Source: an uncultured Candidatus Saccharibacteria bacterium (GTDB lineage Bacteria; Patescibacteriota; Saccharimonadia; Saccharimonadales; AWTP1-31). From it: a stretch of 64,000 bases of DNA. The notes below the pieces were generated by a model. The model had not been told where the DNA came from. It worked only from the letters and a program-made list of their open reading frames with translations, and ran no database searches. Positions 1-7,164 of this stretch are shown piece after piece. Where the stretch lies: NCBI GenBank assembly GCA_937903325.1, contig CALCZR010000003.1, positions 3,898 through 67,897 on the forward strand, in the 5' to 3' direction. Both the position numbers and the translations under genes were made by a program. Numbering within the stretch: the first letter of the stretch is position 1; each line of letters begins with the position of its first letter.

Positions 1-63
1 GCACTTACAAACAACGGTACCGAGTCTTGGGGTTGGGACTTCGCAATTCTTCGACCGCTTTAG
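1..63 (+). CDS. 3' end of a gene truncated by the window edge
   Basis: Frame 1 open from nt 1 to TAG 61-63 (ALTNNGTESWGWDFAILRPL*); start lies outside the window. Confidence 0.3.
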   Translation, partial: ALTNNGTESWGWDFAILRPL

Positions 64-72
64 AAAGAGGAA

Positions 73-300
73 ATGATGTTCACTCTCACGGTAAAGATCA
101 AGACTGGAAGTTCATGGCCCCATGACGTAGACAAGGTGGTTTATGGTCCCTTTGAAACTTCCAAGGAAGCTCACGCTTTCTACAGGGATAACCAGAATTC
201 TGATGGTGTGAAGTTTGAAGATGACTTCCACGTTTCTCAGGTGGACTATCTCTGGAACGATCCCACCAGGACGGGTTATTCAAGTAACTACCGTGCCTAA
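73..300 (+). CDS. hypothetical protein (75 aa)
   Basis: ORF with AGAGGA Shine-Dalgarno-like run just upstream of ATG 73. Confidence 0.6.
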   Translation: MMFTLTVKIKTGSSWPHDVDKVVYGPFETSKEAHAFYRDNQNSDGVKFEDDFHVSQVDYLWNDPTRTGYSSNYRA

Positions 301-332
301 CAAGAACTAATAGAGATTCCACGACTCTATTG

Positions 333-355
333 CCAGACTTTAAATAGTCTGGTTT
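333..355 (+). terminator. weak hairpin terminator candidate
   Basis: CCAGACT (333-339) / AGTCTGG (346-352), 6-nt loop, followed by only TTT; 33 nt after the stop at 300. Confidence 0.3.
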
Positions 356-413
356 GAAACTCTTTCCTTACGTGGAGAAAGAGTAAACACAGTGGGACAC
401 GCTAGAACCTCTT

Positions 414-419
414 TAGAAT
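414..419 (+). promoter_or_regulatory. -10-like hexamer TAGAAT
   Basis: TAGAAT about 70 nt upstream of the Fic start at 489; no convincing -35. Confidence 0.2.
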
Positions 420-488
420 TAAATGTTCTGTAACTGTTCTCATCGGAATACAGTAGCGTGCAAACAACAGACTTTAGAAAGGCTGACA

Positions 489-1016
489 ATGGATGTTCAA
501 GAGTACATTGTGAGCGAGTGTGAACGTCAACATACTCTGCTAATAGACGAAATGACTGCAGCGTTTAACTACGCTGGCACTATTACCGCCGATGCTCTCC
601 CCGGTAATGACATTGGACTGTTTGTCCAGAATATCGCAAGGTATGTTGAGCCTGACGTGAATTGTTGGCGTACAGACTTTACAAACCTTCGGGTTTCTCA
701 TGTAGGTTTCATGAATGGTGGTAAAGCCGCTCATGCTTCTGAGGTTCCAGGTCAGTTTGAAAGACTGATGTTCTTCTGGGATCAAGTCTGCAAAGTTGGA
801 GATGTTGGCTCAGACAATGAGCGTCGTCTCACTTTGGAAGTTGACATTTGGATCAAGTCACTTCTGCAAATCCATCCTTTTCAGGACGGAAACGGTCGAA
901 TCGCTAGCATCCTTCGTAATTGGATGCTTGGACAGATGAGTGATCCTGAGCCACTTCCGTTTTACTTTGGTGAGCCAAAGTTCAGTCAAATTGCTGACAT
1001 CGACAAGAATCTCTAG
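489..1016 (+). CDS. Fic/DOC-family protein (putative AMPylase/NMP-transferase)
   Basis: HPFQDGNGRIAS matches the Fic core HxFx(D/E)GNGRxxR. ATG 489 has AGAAAGG upstream; the track start 423 has no SD. Confidence 0.85.
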   Translation: MDVQEYIVSECERQHTLLIDEMTAAFNYAGTITADALPGNDIGLFVQNIARYVEPDVNCWRTDFTNLRVSHVGFMNGGKAAHASEVPGQFERLMFFWDQVCKVGDVGSDNERRLTLEVDIWIKSLLQIHPFQDGNGRIASILRNWMLGQMSDPEPLPFYFGEPKFSQIADIDKNL

Positions 1017-1035
1017 ACTTTGAAAGGCAAGTGAC

Positions 1036-1401
1036 GTGAACTGGCTAGTGATAGATGATGAGCGAACGTTTGACGTTAGCCATGTTCCACCGATCAGTAA
1101 TGAAGTTCCAACAGAACTCAACTATGCCAGAAACTCCAATGATGGACTACTTGCTATCGCTAAGCATTGTGTTGCTTACACTTTGCACTACGGCGAAGAA
1201 CTGATGCTTTACTTGGATCATGACTTGGGTGGTAGCGATACCATTCTGCCAGTGATCAACTTTCTTGTAAGTGTTCAAGTTCCAGGCATTGCTTGGATCA
1301 AAATTCACTCACAAAATCCGGTAAGTGCTGATTACGTACAAGTTCTCAGGCACGCTGGGTATATCTGCGAGAAAGTAAGTCTCCCGAAACTTCAGGGGTA
1401 A
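1036..1401 (+). CDS. hypothetical protein, receiver-like fold (possibly cyclic-phosphate-processing receiver, CPR)
   Basis: GTG start after GAAAGG. N-terminal LVIDDERTF and later LYLDHDLGG resemble the acidic pocket of receiver/CPR domains; assignment by eye only. Confidence 0.45.
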   Translation: MNWLVIDDERTFDVSHVPPISNEVPTELNYARNSNDGLLAIAKHCVAYTLHYGEELMLYLDHDLGGSDTILPVINFLVSVQVPGIAWIKIHSQNPVSADYVQVLRHAGYICEKVSLPKLQG

Positions 1402-1403
1402 TC

Positions 1404-1574
1404 ATGACTGTTCAGAACGTGCAACTAGGTGATGATCTGGTGTGGGATGGTATCAACGCTGGTTTAGTTACCGCAATTGATCGTAAAGATCAGCCAGGTT
1501 TCATCATGGTTCATACAAGTGTTGGTGGCTGGCTTAGAATTGGTCGGCATGAATCAGTAAAGGTAGTGGGATGA
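1404..1574 (+). CDS. hypothetical small protein (56 aa, below track cutoff)
   Basis: ATG 1404 three nt after the previous stop; hand-translated MTVQNVQLGDDLVWDG...VKVVG*; stop overlaps the next start as ATGA (1571-1574). Confidence 0.5.
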   Translation: MTVQNVQLGDDLVWDGINAGLVTAIDRKDQPGFIMVHTSVGGWLRIGRHESVKVVG

Positions 1575-1777
1575 ACAAGCAAGAAGAAGCTCTTAACGTG
1601 ATGGCTGGCGCTATTGCAGGTGGACCACTAGTGACAACTGTTGAATGCCGGGCCGAAACTCCTAGCCGATCGAAAGAATGGTCGCTTTACAGTTCTCTTG
1701 AAACTGGCCAGACGATCTGGCAGCGATGGAATGGTTATGCATACGAGTATCAGACGAAAGGAGCAATCATGATTTAA
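1571..1777 (+). CDS. hypothetical protein (68 aa)
   Basis: ORF; ATGA overlap with the upstream small ORF. Confidence 0.55.
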   Translation: MNKQEEALNVMAGAIAGGPLVTTVECRAETPSRSKEWSLYSSLETGQTIWQRWNGYAYEYQTKGAIMI

Positions 1778-1810
1778 GCCTAAAGGTTAGGCTAGGAATG
1801 AGAGCTTTAA

Positions 1811-2035
1811 ATGAGCAGGACGATCCGTAACAACGATCCGATTGTTTACGGTGGTAAGTGCCACTGTCCAATGTGTGGTATCAACCAGGCTGATAAGTAC
1901 AACCGAAACATTTACTTGCGATACGGTATCAAGCCCGGTGATTACCGCATTTCCTCCGATGAGAAGAAGCAGAACCACAAGAAGCTGCGTAACAAGATGA
2001 AGGCAGCTTTGAGGAACATCTGCAACGAGTACTGA
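1811..2035 (+). CDS. hypothetical basic protein with CxC..CxxC motif (74 aa)
   Basis: ORF; KCHCPMCG cluster, Lys/Arg-rich C-terminus. Confidence 0.5.
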   Translation: MSRTIRNNDPIVYGGKCHCPMCGINQADKYNRNIYLRYGIKPGDYRISSDEKKQNHKKLRNKMKAALRNICNEY

Positions 2036-2042
2036 CTTAATG

Positions 2043-2103
2043 ACCTTGTATGGTAGCTTTGATTGATAATATCAAAGTAGAAGTTCGATTCTTCTCCAGG
2101 GTT
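2043..2103 (+). other. tRNA-like element lacking a D-arm (degenerate tRNA?)
   Basis: Canonical T-arm AGAAG-TTCGATT-CTTCT (2079-2095). Acceptor-like pairing ACCTTGT (2043-2049) / CCAGGGT (2096-2102), 6 of 7 pairs. Central 7-bp hairpin CTTTGAT-TGATAAT-ATCAAAG. No D-arm, no U33, no CCA. Confidence 0.3.
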
Positions 2104-2204
2104 CAAACTAGAAAGGAGAAGATTATGCTCTGATTTCTAACCCTTTTGAAACTTGTATGACTTTGAAAGCAAATTCGTGTCAGATTGTCTGTGTCTGATA
2201 TTTG

Positions 2205-2210
2205 TATAAG
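2205..2210 (+). promoter_or_regulatory. -10-like hexamer TATAAG (TGTATAAGT)
   Basis: In the 290-nt gap, 114 nt upstream of ATG 2324; TATAAG recurs at 3922 and 6199. Confidence 0.25.
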
Positions 2211-2323
2211 TTAACAGACGGCACCCATCTATCATGGCTAGTCTGACAAGAGGTTTAATCGCCTTCGATAGGACTAGAGTAGCTTGTAACTACTATGGGT
2301 GACAAACAATCGAAAGGAAACAA

Positions 2324-2662
2324 ATGGAACTCGGTGAAGTTTGCGATCTTTGTGAATTGACTGCAACAGAAGAAGCACCCGGTGGAATAGCTAGTTACTG
2401 CCGAACAATGGCTATAGATCCATGCCTAGGTAAGTTGCCCGGTGTTCTGGCAGCATGTTGTGGACATGGCACAAAGACTGGTTATATCACTTGGGGAACA
2501 GCCGCTGAGGATGAATCAGCTGTAACCATCAGGTTCGCCAATGTTCGTATCGAACATAAAAAGATCGGTGTTATTGAAGGCGATCTAGGTTTTGACTTCG
2601 ATACCGAAACAGCATACGGCGCAGACATTAAAGATCTTATAGACTTTGTAAGCTACAACTAA
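2324..2662 (+). CDS. hypothetical Cys-rich protein (112 aa)
   Basis: ORF with AAAGGA SD; CDLCE...YC...CCGHG cysteines. Confidence 0.6.
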   Translation: MELGEVCDLCELTATEEAPGGIASYCRTMAIDPCLGKLPGVLAACCGHGTKTGYITWGTAAEDESAVTIRFANVRIEHKKIGVIEGDLGFDFDTETAYGADIKDLIDFVSYN

Positions 2663-2674
2663 GAAAGGAATGCC

Positions 2675-2767
2675 GTGAAGAACCTATATCTCTATTACGT
2701 GCGAGAATTTATCCTTTACGGGATTCCGATTCCGTATGATCTTCTCTCTGATCAGAAGGCAGCATGA
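2675..2767 (+). CDS. possible micro-ORF (30 aa)
   Basis: GTG 2675 after AAGAAAGGAA; stop overlaps the next ATG (ATGA at 2764-2767). Confidence 0.3.
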   Translation: MKNLYLYYVREFILYGIPIPYDLLSDQKAA

Positions 2768-2922
2768 TGCATACTCGTTCTAGTGAGCGATCAAACGAGC
2801 TTAAAGGGTTCGAGGCCGAAATGGGTCGCCTAGCTTTCACTAAACCGAAGTTCACTGGTGAGCCTGGTGCGAGAGAACACAACGAAATGATCCGTCGGGC
2901 ACAAGCATACTTTGGAGACTGA
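2764..2922 (+). CDS. hypothetical small protein (52 aa)
   Basis: Hand-translated MMHTRSSERSNELKGFEAEMGRLAF...AYFGD*; chained to neighbours by overlap or 1-nt spacing. Confidence 0.4.
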   Translation: MMHTRSSERSNELKGFEAEMGRLAFTKPKFTGEPGAREHNEMIRRAQAYFGD

Positions 2923-2923
2923 C

Positions 2924-3079
2924 ATGCACGCTATCACGCTAGAACAGTACAAGCGAGTCAACGAGAATCTGCCAGCAGTTCATCGTGTAAAGAATATGCG
3001 TGAACGTGGAGTAGCCCGTGACAGTGGACATAATGACAGTCCTAGTTGGCAGAATGCTGAGAGAGCCAGAGAGTTATGA
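2924..3079 (+). CDS. hypothetical small protein (51 aa)
   Basis: Hand-translated MHAITLEQYKRVNENLPAVHRVKNMRERG...AREL*; ATGA overlap at 3076-3079. Confidence 0.4.
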   Translation: MHAITLEQYKRVNENLPAVHRVKNMRERGVARDSGHNDSPSWQNAERAREL

Positions 3080-3249
3080 AGTTTCGTCGGCACCACTTCC
3101 TTATTCATCTACATAGGCTAGGTCTAGGTAATCATTTCGGGGCAGTACCTGAAACTCTTACTCTCTATCAAATCTATCGTATCTATATTGAACCGCAGTT
3201 TCTCAGGGAATTGCGCTATGACATCAGGAGAAATCATGGTCGACACTGA
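3076..3249 (+). CDS. possible small protein (57 aa)
   Basis: ATG 3076 overlapping the previous stop; competes with minus-strand track ORF 3124-3333, which breaks the strand pattern. Confidence 0.3.
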   Translation: MKFRRHHFLIHLHRLGLGNHFGAVPETLTLYQIYRIYIEPQFLRELRYDIRRNHGRH

Positions 3250-3450
3250 GCGAGAGATGGCTATTTGGAAGGCTGTCCGTGAAGCTGAGAAGAAGAGGCG
3301 AAACAAGTAGTAGTTAATCGGGAAAGAGCACAATACTAGGGAAGATGCTCAATAGCGTGAGTGTACGGCTCGAATGAAACTATCTTCGGACAGTTAGTAA
3401 GAGTGGGTTTAGGCGCTACACTTAATAATCGATCTAACAGAAAGAAACAA

Positions 3451-3834
3451 ATGAACAAACGAATCAAGATGATTGTAGCAGGACTTGCTTTCCTTACAAT
3501 CATGTCTGGATGTAGTACAGACGCTGATATTGTGTCGGAGAATCTGTCAAAGGATGCCGAGAACTTTAACATCGTCCGGCGAGTTGTATTCGTAAACGGT
3601 ATCACCGACAGTTATCTTCTTTCGATTGAAGGTAGGTGTTCGATCGAAGATGCTAACAATCAACTGGAAGTTACCTGTAAGACAGGTAAGGATCAGTACA
3701 AGAAGCATTTTCTCGGTCTATCCGACAACGTTTCGTATTTCGTTGAGCAGCTTGACTCAGCTAGTGTGAGTTCGAGTCGCTATAAGGTTATTTTCCGTCC
3801 TTCGGAGATTATCCCAGACGTTGATGTGAAGTAA
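3451..3834 (+). CDS. predicted lipoprotein (127 aa)
   Basis: Internal ATG 3451 gives MNKRIKMIVAGLAFLTIMSGC: signal peptide plus lipobox (IMSG|C). The upstream 30 codons of the track ORF look non-coding. Confidence 0.65.
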   Translation: MNKRIKMIVAGLAFLTIMSGCSTDADIVSENLSKDAENFNIVRRVVFVNGITDSYLLSIEGRCSIEDANNQLEVTCKTGKDQYKKHFLGLSDNVSYFVEQLDSASVSSSRYKVIFRPSEIIPDVDVK

Positions 3835-3921
3835 CGAACCCATGTTAAACCTCTGGGCAAGGTAATACTGCCCTCATGCTGGATGTTTCCGAGAGTTTAC
3901 AAACTCTGCGGAATTAGAAAC

Positions 3922-3927
3922 TATAAG
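3922..3927 (+). promoter_or_regulatory. -10-like hexamer TATAAG
   Basis: 72 nt upstream of ATG 3999, in a 164-nt gap that also holds a 10-bp bulged hairpin (about 3891-3913). Confidence 0.25.
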
Positions 3928-3998
3928 TAAGTGTACATAGCTTATAGGATCTATCAGGTCGCTCCTGACTTCCGGCTCAAACTAAGAAAGGAAAACTT

Positions 3999-4247
3999 AT
4001 GGCTGCATCACGCCAAACGATTATGGACTGGTTCAATGGTTCATATATCGAGAATGCTACTCATATGATTGTTGTCTGTGACGAGTATGATTGGGACGAC
4101 TACCCAGTCTATGTCTCAGCAGAACAGGATGTGCGTGAAGTAGAAGCAGAGTATCGTGCTAAGCCGATGCAACGAGTCATGGAAGTTTACAAGCTTTCTA
4201 TGAGTCTTGATGAGCAGATGGCTCAACATCGAGCCTTTAACTATTAG
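3999..4247 (+). CDS. hypothetical protein (82 aa)
   Basis: ORF; AAGAAAGGAAAA SD upstream. Confidence 0.6.
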   Translation: MAASRQTIMDWFNGSYIENATHMIVVCDEYDWDDYPVYVSAEQDVREVEAEYRAKPMQRVMEVYKLSMSLDEQMAQHRAFNY

Positions 4248-4256
4248 GGAGATATA

Positions 4257-4589
4257 ATGACTGACTACTATCCTGACAAGTTTCTCCTAGTAGAGATCGA
4301 GTATCAAGAAGAAACACTTATGAAAGTGTTTGGTACTTGGGCGGGTGGCTACACTACTGGTGATAGCTGGAAGTTGAATTCTGGTATCAGTGGTGTAACT
4401 GTTGACGATGACACGATTCATTTCAGCGGTTACAGTGGTTCCACATACCATTGCCACGCTGACATGTATGGTAGTGTCATGTCTGTCTACGGTGTAATTC
4501 TGAATATGGTTGAGAAGGCAACAGTGCCAGCTCGTATTCTTACTGAGGAAGAAATGCTGGCCTATGTGAAGGAAAAGACTGATGCGTAA
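4257..4589 (+). CDS. hypothetical protein (110 aa)
   Basis: ORF; GGGAG SD upstream. Confidence 0.6.
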   Translation: MTDYYPDKFLLVEIEYQEETLMKVFGTWAGGYTTGDSWKLNSGISGVTVDDDTIHFSGYSGSTYHCHADMYGSVMSVYGVILNMVEKATVPARILTEEEMLAYVKEKTDA

Positions 4590-4848
4590 AATTCTTGCAG
4601 TAGCTATCCTAGTTCTAGCTGGTTCTGGATGTGTAGCTCAGAATGGTTCAGGTTGTATCATGCTTGTACCACACACTGACCAAGACCCTGAGGGTATCAT
4701 CTTTGAGCGATTCAGCGAGAAGCGTAGCATCGCTTATGGTAACCATGTTTGGGGTATCGAGAATGGTGAAGTTCTCGGTTTCTCTACAGCTGAGGATGCA
4801 GCTATTTGGAACAAGCCAGAGTGTGTAACTTATTCGGACGATCTCTAA
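4582..4848 (+). CDS. predicted lipoprotein (88 aa)
   Basis: MRKILAVAILVLAGSGC: signal peptide plus lipobox (LAGSG|C); 8-nt overlap with the upstream gene. Confidence 0.65.
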   Translation: MRKILAVAILVLAGSGCVAQNGSGCIMLVPHTDQDPEGIIFERFSEKRSIAYGNHVWGIENGEVLGFSTAEDAAIWNKPECVTYSDDL

Positions 4849-4857
4849 GGAGAAACA

Positions 4858-4950
4858 ATGAGTGCCTGTAACCATACCTGTCCAGTTCACTGTACAGCAG
4901 AGAAGACTGAGAGTCAGATTTATCAATCGAAAGTAAAGGTAGAGAAGTGA
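4858..4950 (+). CDS. possible Cys-rich micro-protein (30 aa)
   Basis: AAGGAGAAACA-ATG 4858; MSACNHTCPVHCTAEK...; stop overlaps the next GTG start (GTGA 4947-4950). Confidence 0.4.
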   Translation: MSACNHTCPVHCTAEKTESQIYQSKVKVEK

Positions 4951-5375
4951 CTGAGTTTAATACAATTACAATGCTAGAGTGGGTTGAGGCCCTAGAGTCT
5001 GGTCAGTACGGGCAAAGTAAATACGTGCTCACTAATCAGTATGGACAGCATTGTTGTCTAGGTGTCGCCTGTGTTGTTGGTAATGCTCCTTCGAAGAAAG
5101 ATGGAGATGACTACCCGACTGTTTATCTTATGACAGGTCATCCTCTAGGTGAGGATAATTGGGCTGAAGAGATCGTCAGTGGAGTAACCGCTGAGGATAT
5201 CAACGCAGCATTCTCCGCCACTTGGGAAGATCCTAATGGCGAGGGTCGTAAGCCCGTAGGTTACCTAACTCATCTGAACGATCAGCTTGAATATCCATTC
5301 AAGGAGATTGCACGGTACTTGCGAGATAACTGTAACCTGGAAGCAACGATCAGGTTCGTTAAGGGAGAAGAGTGA
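4947..5375 (+). CDS. family-A paralogue (WxEALxSGQY ... CCLGVAC motif), unknown function
   Basis: MLEWVEALESGQYGQSKYVL..HCCLGVACVV; paralogous to 7161-7535 and 30863-31285. Confidence 0.65.
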   Translation: MTEFNTITMLEWVEALESGQYGQSKYVLTNQYGQHCCLGVACVVGNAPSKKDGDDYPTVYLMTGHPLGEDNWAEEIVSGVTAEDINAAFSATWEDPNGEGRKPVGYLTHLNDQLEYPFKEIARYLRDNCNLEATIRFVKGEE

Positions 5376-5593
5376 TGCGTAAGATTGCAGTCGTGGTTTG
5401 TCTACTCGGTTTGACCGCTTGTGGACAGACTGATCCTCCAACCACTAACGATATCAAACAGAATATCGAGTACTTTAACATCACTTCCCCAAGTGGAGTG
5501 AATCTAGAGTGTGTTAAGTACGCAACAGAATCGTCCATGACTAATGATAGCAAGTCTTGGTTTTCATTCTCCTGTTGGAAGATCGAACTCTGA
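5372..5593 (+). CDS. predicted lipoprotein (73 aa)
   Basis: MMRKIAVVVCLLGLTAC: signal peptide plus lipobox (GLTA|C); start GTG 5372 or ATG 5375. Confidence 0.6.
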   Translation: MMRKIAVVVCLLGLTACGQTDPPTTNDIKQNIEYFNITSPSGVNLECVKYATESSMTNDSKSWFSFSCWKIEL

Positions 5594-5805
5594 TGAAGCA
5601 ATTCATTCTGAATCGTGACGTAACAGTCGAAGAATGCCATTGGCTCAGTCAGGATTTTAAGAAAGGTGAAGTGGTGTACGAGTTCTACGGTCCAACCTAT
5701 GGTTGTATCTCTTTCGTTGGCATTGCTTGTTCTGATGAGAATGGCATCGGTCCTTTCTTTGAGCTTCCAACAGATGCTCTTACAGTTCAGGACCCACCAC
5801 GATGA
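5593..5805 (+). CDS. hypothetical protein (70 aa)
   Basis: ATG 5593 shares one nt with the upstream TGA (TGATG); the track start 5557 would overlap 37 nt. Confidence 0.5.
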   Translation: MKQFILNRDVTVEECHWLSQDFKKGEVVYEFYGPTYGCISFVGIACSDENGIGPFFELPTDALTVQDPPR

Positions 5806-6077
5806 ACTATGAAGATGAAGCTATCCGAGAAGATGTCAAAGAAGGGGCAACTTGGCTTGACATTGTTATTCCTGATGGATGGGCGCATCTAATTGATGCT
5901 AGTATCCTTCGCATGGAATCTTTGAACGACTGTATCTTTGGCCAGTTATTTGGCAGTGATCTTTACGATGATATTCTCTACAGTCCTGGTCCTGAAGGAA
6001 TTATGTGGACTCAAACTCATGGATTTAGTGTCTATGGCCGAGAATTTTGGCTAGAAGAAATCGAGAAGAGACTATAA
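5802..6077 (+). CDS. hypothetical protein (91 aa)
   Basis: ORF; ATGA overlap. Confidence 0.55.
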   Translation: MNYEDEAIREDVKEGATWLDIVIPDGWAHLIDASILRMESLNDCIFGQLFGSDLYDDILYSPGPEGIMWTQTHGFSVYGREFWLEEIEKRL

Positions 6078-6198
6078 GATCTTGGCGTTTCTGAGTGCAA
6101 CGTGCGGCAAATAAAACCAGGCACAGCACTACAGATTACTATGCTAAGTTAGGTAGGACAGCGCCTTAGAGCGATGGTGGCCAAGGACTCTGGGTAAG

Positions 6199-6204
6199 TA
6201 TAAG
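6199..6204 (+). promoter_or_regulatory. -10-like hexamer TATAAG
   Basis: 59 nt upstream of ATG 6263, inside a 185-nt gap with strong secondary-structure potential. Confidence 0.2.
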
Positions 6205-6262
6205 ATAAAGGCCGGTCCAGCTGGGCCTCTTATCGCCACCAATTAACTGAAAGAAGATAGTT

Positions 6263-6472
6263 ATGATGAGTGATTTTGCAGCAATGCCAGCTAACTGGGA
6301 ATCTCCATCGGTTAGTCTAGGCCCAGTTCTATTCCTCGACAGGAATAAGCTCGTTCAAGTTACCGAGCACCTAATTGTGCATGAGTATTCAGGCATGGGT
6401 GCTATACCTTATCGCAGTCGTGATGATATCGGTCCCCTAGCACTAGCTACAATGTTTTCTACATGCTCATGA
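6263..6472 (+). CDS. hypothetical protein (69 aa)
   Basis: ORF; GAAAGAAG upstream. Confidence 0.5.
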   Translation: MMSDFAAMPANWESPSVSLGPVLFLDRNKLVQVTEHLIVHEYSGMGAIPYRSRDDIGPLALATMFSTCS

Positions 6473-6771
6473 GTTATCATCATATCTTTATAGATGAAGA
6501 ATGCCAAAAGACCCTTTGTGGGGCGAATGCTAGTGGTGATACTCATTCAGAAAACTGTGACCAGTATCACATTCCTTGTCTTACATGTAATATGATTGCA
6601 GATAAGCAGAATCTATGTGCAGAATGCGACCATCCTAAGAGTGAGCATCCTGTAGACTACGGTGGTTTCACTGCCTGTAATCGTGATTTTGATGCTGACT
6701 GGGATTATGAAGCTGAACGATACTTTAAGTGTGGCGGTTGTGACTGCCCCGAATTCATAGAACGGACGTAG
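6463..6771 (+). CDS. hypothetical Cys-rich (zinc-binding?) protein (102 aa)
   Basis: 12 Cys including CLTC, CAEC, CGGCDC. Confidence 0.55.
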   Translation: MLMSYHHIFIDEECQKTLCGANASGDTHSENCDQYHIPCLTCNMIADKQNLCAECDHPKSEHPVDYGGFTACNRDFDADWDYEAERYFKCGGCDCPEFIERT

Positions 6772-7010
6772 TGATGACTGACACAGTAACTATTCCAGTT
6801 GTCACAGAAAAGATCGAGCTAGAAGATACACTGGATCACTATTACTGTTCACATGATCGAGATACCGGATTTTGTGGTACAGATCTTACAGGTTTTGACG
6901 AAGAGGATTTTGACACGGCTAATTGCGTTGTTTGTGGACATCTAGCAGAACTGTACCATCAAGGTATCTGTCCTAGAACCGGTAAAGAATGTGACTGCAA
7001 CGAAGAGTGA
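6771..7010 (+). CDS. hypothetical Cys-rich protein (79 aa)
   Basis: YYCSHD..FCG..CVVCGH..ICP..ECDC; start GTG 6771 or ATG 6774. Confidence 0.55.
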   Translation: MMTDTVTIPVVTEKIELEDTLDHYYCSHDRDTGFCGTDLTGFDEEDFDTANCVVCGHLAELYHQGICPRTGKECDCNEE

Positions 7011-7164
7011 ATTCAGAACACTGAAAGATTCTACAGCCTACGATATCTGGCACTATGTCGAACTCGTAGGTATTGACAAGGTAGTGGCTATTGCTCACTA
7101 CACCGATCATTCAATTAAAATTCATTGCTTCGGATTCGGAGCACGAAAGGACATAAGGATATGA
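6991..7164 (+). CDS. possible small protein (57 aa)
   Basis: Open frame from GTG 6991 to TGA 7162-7164, whose stop forms ATGA with the next gene's ATG 7161. No ATG, weak start. Confidence 0.25.
   Translation: MTATKSEFRTLKDSTAYDIWHYVELVGIDKVVAIAHYTDHSIKIHCFGFGARKDIRI

Noticed and set aside
423-488. Upstream start (ATG 423) for the Fic gene
   Set aside because: It has no SD and gives a Cys/Arg-rich, unnatural-looking 22-aa extension. ATG 489 has AGAAAGG upstream.
3124-3605. Minus-strand ORFs 3124-3333 and 3336-3605
   Set aside because: They are antisense to a chained + strand small ORF and to the lipoprotein gene. No SD is seen and the residue composition is odd.
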